A DNA stretch of 32,000 nt from Erysipelothrix larvae (lineage in GTDB: Bacteria; Bacillota_I; Bacilli_A; Erysipelotrichales; Erysipelotrichaceae). Under the pieces are notes generated by a model, which saw only the letters and a program-made list of their open reading frames with translations, made no database searches and was not told the DNA's origin. This document shows positions 1 to 5,978 of the stretch, piece after piece. Within the stretch, counting starts at the first letter, position 1. Each line of letters opens with the position of its first letter. The stretch spans positions 390,001 to 422,000 of the forward strand of contig NZ_CP013213.1 in NCBI RefSeq assembly GCF_001545095.1, written 5' to 3'. The position numbers were made by a program, and so were the translations under genes.

Positions 1-1
1 G

Positions 2-841
2 AGCATTCCGGATTACTTCCGTAAAGATAAAGATAAGAAAGTCTATGATACAAAATCAACGGGTATGAAGGTCTTAAGTTCGATACTCTTAACGGTTGCG
101 TTTGGAATCTATTGTGGACTCGTCGTGTATGCTACCTTTGGTTACAGTGGGTTTGCATTCGTAGGATTTGGAATTGCGGGGGTTCTTTGTGCAATCGCTT
201 GTATCATTGCAGGGATTGGATTTCCGTATATTAAACTCAATAAACTTCACCAAAAAGCCCTTATCGTGCTTTATTCAGTTGGTATTTCACTCATGCTTAT
301 CCTGATTCTAAAAGGGGGAAGTCTCTTGTTTAGAATCCAGGTCAATTCACTTCAACTCATCTGTGTGACGTTGATACTAACACTATCCTTAATCTTAACA
401 GGACTTATGGATCGTAGAACACAACAAGGTGCACGGTGGTATGGTCAGATATCCGGGCTCAAACGCTTTATTGAAGTTGCAGAGCATGATCGACTTGTGA
501 AACTGGCAGAAGAAACACCCACCATTTTCTATGACATCCTTCCATTTGCGTATGTATTGGGTGTTACGGATGTATGGAGTAAGAAGTTTGAATCAATTGC
601 GATTGAAACACCCGATTGGTATCATACAACTTCAACCATTCCCAATATGAACAGCATCTATATGTGGTCGATGTTGAATCGTTCCATGAATACCGTCCAA
701 CGATCGATGATTTCTGAGCCAATTAATTCAACATCATCAGGCCGTGGCTTTGGTGGTGGCGGTGGCTTTGGCGGTGGTTCATCTGGCGGTGGTGGCTTCT
801 CAGGTGGCGGCTTTGGCGGCAGCGGTGGCGGCGGCTGGTAA
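2..841 (+). CDS. DUF2207-type membrane protein, C-terminal portion (5' end lies upstream of the window)
   Basis: The frame is open from nt 2, with no stop before the listed ATG at 65, so the gene enters from the left edge. Several hydrophobic helices are followed by a Gly/Phe/Ser tail (GGGGGFGGGSSGGGGFSGGGFGGSGGGGW). I recognise this tail as the usual C-terminus of DUF2207 proteins. Stop TAA at 839-841. Confidence 0.65.
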   Translation, partial: SIPDYFRKDKDKKVYDTKSTGMKVLSSILLTVAFGIYCGLVVYATFGYSGFAFVGFGIAGVLCAIACIIAGIGFPYIKLNKLHQKALIVLYSVGISLMLILILKGGSLLFRIQVNSLQLICVTLILTLSLILTGLMDRRTQQGARWYGQISGLKRFIEVAEHDRLVKLAEETPTIFYDILPFAYVLGVTDVWSKKFESIAIETPDWYHTTSTIPNMNSIYMWSMLNRSMNTVQRSMISEPINSTSSGRGFGGGGGFGGGSSGGGGFSGGGFGGSGGGGW

Positions 842-856
842 GATGGGAGGGACGCT

Positions 857-1591
857 ATGCTAAAAGTGCAACGACAACAAAAAATAATAGATTATTTAAA
901 GAATCATGAGTTTGCGCGTGTTGAAGACCTCGTATTACTTACCGATGCTTCAGAAATTACAGTTCGGCGTGATATTATTGAACTTCACGACAAGGGTAAA
1001 CTAAAAAAAGTGCATGGTGGTGCACAAAGCGTTGATCAGGAATGGGTTAACACTGACATTGATGTGGAAACACGTATCCTTGAAAACATTGACATTAAAA
1101 AAGAAATCGCAAAACGAGCCAGTGCGTTAGTACAAGATAACATGATTGTATATCTTGATGCGGGTTCAACCGTGGGTGAAATGATTCCTTTACTTAAAGG
1201 AAAGAAAATCATCGTTTATACCCATGGTGTTCACCACGTTACACGACTTGTACGACATGGTATTGAATGTCATCTTGTTGGTGGGGATGTGAAACCCGCA
1301 ACCCTAGCTTGTGTTGGTGTTGAGTGTATTCAAGCACTTTCACACTATAAGTTTGACCTTGCTTTTTTGGGAACCAACGCAGTTGATCCTGACTTTGGGT
1401 TTTCAACACCCGATGTGAATGAAGCAGCAGTAAAACGTAAAATCATTGAACAAGCACACGATGCATACTGCCTTGTGGACCATTCAAAGTTTTATAAAAT
1501 CTCAAAGGTATCCTTTGCAGATGGTGATGCATTAAAAATCATCACGGACATAAAACCTGAAGGTGCGGATACATCCTTTATCTTCGCATAA
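857..1591 (+). CDS. DeoR-family transcriptional regulator (FruR-like)
   Basis: SD GGGAGGG lies just upstream of ATG 857. The N-terminal HTH reads LTDASEITVRRDIIELHDKGKLKKVHGGA. DeoR C-terminal sensor motifs YLDAGST and FLGTNAV are present. Length (244 aa) is typical of FruR/DeoR regulators. The FruR assignment is only inferred, from fruK-fruA lying downstream in the window. Confidence 0.85.
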   Translation: MLKVQRQQKIIDYLKNHEFARVEDLVLLTDASEITVRRDIIELHDKGKLKKVHGGAQSVDQEWVNTDIDVETRILENIDIKKEIAKRASALVQDNMIVYLDAGSTVGEMIPLLKGKKIIVYTHGVHHVTRLVRHGIECHLVGGDVKPATLACVGVECIQALSHYKFDLAFLGTNAVDPDFGFSTPDVNEAAVKRKIIEQAHDAYCLVDHSKFYKISKVSFADGDALKIITDIKPEGADTSFIFA

Positions 1592-2259
1592 TCACAACTG
1601 TCATACGCTGTCACAATCTTTAAAAATGGATTGAATGATATGCTCGAGATCATTTCATATAACACATACACACTAAATCAAACAGACACGATTTTATAAT
1701 CCAAACCTGTTTGATTTTTTTTTGGATTTATCTTGGGTGACCCGAATGTTTTATTATTGAATCGTTTGAGAAAGGGAAAATGAACAGGGTAGGTCTACTA
1801 CCCATTTCAAGTCATGGCACCTGATGGAAGCCTTCGATACACAAATGGGGTTGTGTTTATCAATCCGTTTATTACACGGAGTACACGGATCACATCGTGT
1901 ACGGTATCTATGGTATCAGTGCGTCACTTTGACCTTGACCTCAATCTTCTGGATTTGAGGGTGTGCTAGGCTTATTAATTTGAGGATTGCTTCGTTCCAT
2001 AATAGTGTGCGACCTCTTTTCTACATTGGTTAAACGGCTTGTTTTTATGGTCTTCTGATCGGTTCCAAAACGAATCCGTGCATCTGTTTATTTAAACATC
2101 ACGGAAAACGCATTGTTTTGGGATTCATAGAAATGAGTGTATTTGTCAACTGAATAATGGTCCAAATCTCAATTGAAAACTGGTCCACTACCGTTTGTCA
2201 TTGAATGAGTTTTAAAAAACTGATATCATAGTCTTACTCCTTTTAGGAGGGTTTGGATT

Positions 2260-2302
2260 GGTAGAAACTTTTGTCTGCAAACTTGAGGTTTCTACCTTTT
2301 TT
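2260..2302 (+). terminator. Intrinsic terminator with no gene in front of it
   Basis: Perfect 9-bp stem GGTAGAAAC (2260-2268) / GTTTCTACC (2288-2296) followed by TTTTTT (2297-2302). No ORF of 60 aa or more lies upstream on either strand. Confidence 0.55.
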
Positions 2303-2518
2303 ATGAACTTCATTAAATTAAGTAAACCAAAAAACACTTATATACAGAAAACCATTTTGTATAAAGTAACGTAATGCTTTATTTTGATGGTCTAAGATAC
2401 TCAATTTATACCAATTAATCCTCAAACTTTCCTTAAGCAAGTGAAGAACGGTCAATTGCTTCACCTTTAAAAGTTGTGTTTTAAAGTGAAAACCCCAAGT
2501 TACATCTACTATCCTTTA

Positions 2519-2543
2519 TAAACATCCTTCTGGGTGTTTTTTT
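2519..2543 (+). terminator. Intrinsic terminator, copy A of a near-identical repeat flanking the three-gene cassette
   Basis: Stem AACATCC (2521-2527) / GGGTGTT (2532-2538), loop TTCT, T-run to 2543. It is nearly identical to the element at 5816-5839. Confidence 0.6.
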
Positions 2544-2664
2544 ACTTCATATGGAAGTCTCACAATGCAATGATAATAATTGTAGTTGAATAATGATTGG
2601 AAACTTTGTTAAAAAATAAAGAATAATAACAATGTCGTAATAATTCTGAAGCAAATATTCTAAA

Positions 2665-2726
2665 TTGAATAAAAACCTCAATTATTTAATACTTAAAGGA
2701 GCGATTAGGGGATTGTGGGGTATAAT
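2665..2726 (+). promoter_or_regulatory. Putative promoter region of the three-gene cassette (exact -35/-10 uncertain)
   Basis: Candidate TTGAAT (2665-2670) - 16 nt - TAATAC (2687-2692). There is also a perfect TATAAT at 2721-2726 without a good -35. The region is very AT-rich, and it is the only intergenic space ahead of the ATG at 2821. Confidence 0.3.
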
Positions 2727-2820
2727 GGATGCGCCATAAGGTCTGTATTATTAAAGGAAGGCGCATAGTGGAAGGTGCATCAGGTAAAAAATTGATGCTG
2801 TTCACAAGAAAAGGTAAATT

Positions 2821-3582
2821 ATGAAAGAATATAATGAAAGTGTAGATTATAAGGCCATGGATTTCTTTACGAAAGAAAGATACATCCAAATTCATTGGAA
2901 GTGGGTTGAGTATTACAAGACGCTTCGCGTAAGCATCGACAATAAAAGAATACATTTTTATCATGACAGCACACGATACGCTTTGAATTATGTCAACACA
3001 CTCTTTGCCGTGAGTGATCAAGATCGAAATGATGCACTGTTCTTGCTGTTACTGCGCTTGCTAAATTTCGAATGTATCAAGAGTGAGACACTTGATATTA
3101 CCATAGGTTTAGATAAAATTAACGGAAACTACAGTAGTTTCATTAATGACTTACTTGCGTTACTGAAGGGTTTTTCCTACATACGAATACTAACAATTGT
3201 ATTTGATGGCATTCCGGATGAAGTAATTGTCATTAATGAGTCAATCAACACTGCAAAGATTGAGCAATTAGAGATCGGAGCAAGTAAAGGACATTATAAT
3301 CAACATCCTGTTGTTGCGTTTGATGTATGCGAATTGTTCTACTTGGAACAACTCATTGTTCAAGTTAAGGATAATAAAAGCTTGGAAGTTCTCTTAAGAA
3401 GTAAGTCACTTAAGACAATTGAACTTTATCTAAGTGGATACAACAATGCAGAATTTGATATCATTAATGACGCATTACAAGTAATCGATATATATGCTTC
3501 AGCGAATTACCAAAGAGCAATGAGTTTTACAGAGTGTTTCACAGATGCCGCAGTTATTGTGAATGGATATCAGTTGAGGTAA
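2821..3582 (+). CDS. Hypothetical protein A of orphan operon (253 aa, no recognisable domain)
   Basis: ATG preceded by AAAGG 6 nt upstream. Uninterrupted 253-codon frame. Stop lies 4 nt before the next gene's start. AT-rich codon usage. I recognise no catalytic or binding motif. Leu/Ile-rich beta-alpha-like periodicity in the C-terminal half (LEQLIVQVKDNKSLEVLLRSKSLKTIELYLSG). Confidence 0.75.
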   Translation: MKEYNESVDYKAMDFFTKERYIQIHWKWVEYYKTLRVSIDNKRIHFYHDSTRYALNYVNTLFAVSDQDRNDALFLLLLRLLNFECIKSETLDITIGLDKINGNYSSFINDLLALLKGFSYIRILTIVFDGIPDEVIVINESINTAKIEQLEIGASKGHYNQHPVVAFDVCELFYLEQLIVQVKDNKSLEVLLRSKSLKTIELYLSGYNNAEFDIINDALQVIDIYASANYQRAMSFTECFTDAAVIVNGYQLR

Positions 3583-3586
3583 GAAC

Positions 3587-4378
3587 ATGACCTATATATT
3601 AGAACAAGTACTGAATGAAATCAAGACGGGTGTCAAGCAATATGAGGACGCAAACAGAACACACTTCAAACTTGGAGCGGTGGATAGTCTGTCAATGTTG
3701 ACTATTGAAGTTAGCGTAAATTTTGGAGCAATATTATATGAATATGAACCGACTAGTGATGAACCGTTTTCATTATATATTTCAATCAACCAATATTCAT
3801 TTGATTTTTCCGTCATTGATTTACCTACACTCATGAATGGTTTGAACAAGGAAATACTGATCGATGCAGTATTTATTGATTTTCTATGTGAGATTAAAAG
3901 TAAGATTGACTTTGAAATTTTATGTGGAGATATCTGCGAAATCATCAACATTAAGAGAATATTAACAATGTCAATTCGTGGGTTAGTGTATCAGAATGAA
4001 CGAGTATATTTAGATAACATTGATAATCGAACGCTAAGAAATTTATTTTTTGAGACACAGGTGAACTCAGATGGGTCTATAAGACATCATAAACAGTGTA
4101 TTGTCACATTTGGCAAAGCTGTTAAAATTAACTTAGAGGGTGCTTTCTTCAATGTTGCGAAATGGGATGACGTTGCAGTAGTATTGAGTACAGATCGAAT
4201 TACTGATTGTGTAATCAGATGTTATGACACACAAGAAGAGAATTTTAAAGCCATAAGCTCGAACACCTCTAATTTTCAATTAACAACATATTATGAACCA
4301 AACTTCATCAAACAGTACCTCACTGTTTGTAGTTATTGGGGAGTATGCTTATTAAAGTTTGAAGAAAACATATTTTGA
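3587..4378 (+). CDS. Hypothetical protein B of orphan operon (263 aa, no recognisable domain; possible distant paralog of A)
   Basis: SD GAGG 7 nt upstream of ATG 3587. 263-codon frame. Stop TGA at 4376-4378. Weak co-linear matches to protein A: SYIRILTIVFDG at residues 119-130 of A versus NIKRILTMSIRG at 121-132 of B, and RVSIDNKRIHFYH versus EVSVNFGAILYEY near residues 36-55. Confidence 0.75.
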   Translation: MTYILEQVLNEIKTGVKQYEDANRTHFKLGAVDSLSMLTIEVSVNFGAILYEYEPTSDEPFSLYISINQYSFDFSVIDLPTLMNGLNKEILIDAVFIDFLCEIKSKIDFEILCGDICEIINIKRILTMSIRGLVYQNERVYLDNIDNRTLRNLFFETQVNSDGSIRHHKQCIVTFGKAVKINLEGAFFNVAKWDDVAVVLSTDRITDCVIRCYDTQEENFKAISSNTSNFQLTTYYEPNFIKQYLTVCSYWGVCLLKFEENIF

Positions 4379-4401
4379 ACCGTATAAAAGGGAGAAGTAA
4401 C

Positions 4402-5682
4402 ATGAGCCAAGCGCATTACGAAACAATAAAGGAAGTTCTTGATAAATTTACAAAAGTACACAAAGAAAAAGAAGAAATCCTTGTGAACTTACCATTCAAC
4501 ATGCTTGAAGCACTGGGGATAGAGCGAAATGAAGTTAGAATAACACAACTTATTTATAGCCTGATTTCTCCAGGAAAATCAAAATATCATAAAGAATTCC
4601 TGATGTTATTTCTAAAAAATGTTTTAGGGTGTTCTGATTGTTATGATGACCACGTCAAATATAAGGTAAGAAGAGAAGTTACGATTAATCGTACAGAAGC
4701 GACAAGCACAGGAAGAATTGATTTGTTGATTGTGAAAGAATCAAGCAACAATTCCCTGTTAAATTTAATGCCAATTGAAGTTAAGATAGATGCCAAAGAC
4801 CAGCCTGAGCAATGTAGCCGATACTTAAAATATGTAGACTCACTAATGAAGCAAAAGAGTATCACTGACACAAAACCATCTAAACTATACTATCTAACAA
4901 TAGATGGGAGAAGTCCATCTGCGAACGCGTTTGAAAATATGAAAGTAGATAAACCAAGAGTAGTTGCAATATCTTTTAGAAAGCACATATTAAAGTGGTT
5001 GGATGAATGTCTAAAGCTAATCAATAATCAAGTAGGGAATCAAGATATTAATAGCGATGAACAAATCGCGAGTGCAATCAAATCATTTAAAGGAACGATA
5101 GAGAACATGACTAAAAAGAACAAACCCAATGATTCAATATTACAGATGCTTAAAGATAACCAGGAATACCTCCCAGCAATGTTCGAAATTAGAGATTTCT
5201 TGGATACCGGCTTAAAGGAAGTTGAGATTCATGTGCTAAAAGAGATATCTGAAGCAGTCAGTAAATCAGAGCGCTTTAACGGCCAATATTGCTTCGTTGA
5301 CGAGTATGCAATACTCAATTGTTATTCATATTTAAATTACAAAATCAAAACTGTTTTGGAATATGATAGAAATCTATATATTGCGGTAACGCTTTATAAT
5401 TCTGACGGTAAGATTACACATTTTGAAGAGGACCATCGAAAAATAGTTGAGAATTTAAAATGTAAATTATCGGATAAAACCACAGATGACGGATTCATTA
5501 CATGGAAGCACATAAAATTATCAACTGACGAAATATTAATAAGGGCGACTAAACATTCAAATCCATTTGATCACCTTAATAATGTAAAACAAATAGCAGA
5601 TGAGATCATAAATATATATCGTAGATTCGATGAGAAAATCAAACAGTTTATTTTAGAGAACTCAGAAGGTTATAATTTGTGA
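4402..5682 (+). CDS. PD-(D/E)XK nuclease-superfamily protein (PDDEXK_4 / PF14281-like), 426 aa
   Basis: I prefer ATG 4402 (SD AGGGAG at 4390-4395, 6 nt upstream) over the in-frame TTG at 4375 listed in the ORF track. N-terminal block FNMLEALGIERNEVRITQLIYSLISP is followed by GRIDLLI ... IEVKIDAKDQPEQCSRYLKY. That gives a D...(E)xK core with the DQ..Q..RY tail I recall for the PDDEXK_4 family. D codon at 4720-4722, E at 4777-4779, K at 4783-4785. Confidence 0.7.
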   Translation: MSQAHYETIKEVLDKFTKVHKEKEEILVNLPFNMLEALGIERNEVRITQLIYSLISPGKSKYHKEFLMLFLKNVLGCSDCYDDHVKYKVRREVTINRTEATSTGRIDLLIVKESSNNSLLNLMPIEVKIDAKDQPEQCSRYLKYVDSLMKQKSITDTKPSKLYYLTIDGRSPSANAFENMKVDKPRVVAISFRKHILKWLDECLKLINNQVGNQDINSDEQIASAIKSFKGTIENMTKKNKPNDSILQMLKDNQEYLPAMFEIRDFLDTGLKEVEIHVLKEISEAVSKSERFNGQYCFVDEYAILNCYSYLNYKIKTVLEYDRNLYIAVTLYNSDGKITHFEEDHRKIVENLKCKLSDKTTDDGFITWKHIKLSTDEILIRATKHSNPFDHLNNVKQIADEIINIYRRFDEKIKQFILENSEGYNL

Positions 5683-5815
5683 TGGTCTATGATAATCAGT
5701 TTACAGAAGAAAAAAGCCAAAATCCATAATGCAAGAGACGCGCTTTAGATGCCTTCGCTCCAAGAAATAGTGTTACGCGTGCCCCCCCAAAGTAAAGTTC
5801 GCGACTCACAATTTA

Positions 5816-5839
5816 CAAACATCCTTCGGGGTGTTTTTT
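5816..5839 (+). terminator. Intrinsic terminator of the cassette, copy B of the flanking repeat
   Basis: Stem AACATCC (5818-5824) / GGGTGTT (5829-5835), loop TTCG, T-run to 5839. It lies about 135 nt after the stop of the nuclease-like gene. Confidence 0.6.
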
Positions 5840-5876
5840 AGGTGATGCAAAAAATTTCTCTAAACAAGAAGAAATT

Positions 5877-5892
5877 AGGAAAACGATTTCAG
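5877..5892 (+). promoter_or_regulatory. cre / LacI-family operator-like palindrome 1 upstream of pullulanase
   Basis: AGGAAAACGATTTCAG has core GAAAACGATTTC, a near-palindrome around a central CG. It matches the cre consensus WTGNAANCGNWNNCW except at the T of TG. Confidence 0.4.
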
Positions 5893-5901
5893 GTCAGACC
5901 C

Positions 5902-5930
5902 TTGATTTTAGGAAAGCGTTTTCATATAAT
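5902..5930 (+). promoter_or_regulatory. Sigma-A type promoter of the pullulanase gene
   Basis: TTGATT (5902-5907) - 17 nt - TATAAT (5925-5930). It lies about 50 nt upstream of ATG 5979, which has SD AGGAGG. Confidence 0.65.
5910..5925 (+). promoter_or_regulatory. cre / LacI-family operator-like palindrome 2, between -35 and -10 of the pullulanase promoter
   Basis: AGGAAAGCGTTTTCAT with core GAAAGCGTTTTC (one mismatch from a perfect dyad). It occupies the promoter spacer, a classic repressor position. Confidence 0.4.
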
Positions 5931-5978
5931 GTTTGGGTAAGACTTGTTGGGGGCAAGATTTCAGTTCAGGAGGAGACT

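Noticed and set aside
730-838. Repetitive GGTGGCGG-type DNA, considered as a tandem repeat or CRISPR-like array
   Set aside because: It is simply the Gly-codon run encoding the glycine-rich tail of the DUF2207 protein. There is no spacer-repeat periodicity.
1698-1728. AATCCAAA ... TTTGGATT hairpin downstream of the DeoR gene as its terminator
   Set aside because: The T-run lies inside the 15-nt loop rather than after the stem. The alternative CAAAC-CT-GTTTG stem has a 2-nt loop. It is too weak to call.
2001-2015. GTGCGAC resembling a group II intron 5' end (GUGCG)
   Set aside because: I could not find a domain V-like sequence, an intron-encoded reverse transcriptase or a matching 3' end. 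A 5-nt match is expected by chance.
2686-3021. 111-aa minus-strand ORF overlapping the start of cassette gene A
   Set aside because: It has no SD. It runs antisense across the promoter region and the 5' end of a better-supported + strand gene. Its composition is typical of antisense reading of AT-rich coding DNA.
4375-4401. TTG start at 4375 for the nuclease-like gene (as in the ORF track)
   Set aside because: ATG at 4402 has a well-placed AGGGAG SD, whereas TTG 4375 overlaps the stop of gene B and has no SD. This only shifts the N-terminus by 9 codons.
3592-4871. Minus-strand ORFs 3592-3951 and 4641-4871 inside cassette genes B and C
   Set aside because: They are fully embedded antisense in longer + strand ORFs that have SD sites and tight operon spacing. 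They have no ribosome-binding sites of their own.
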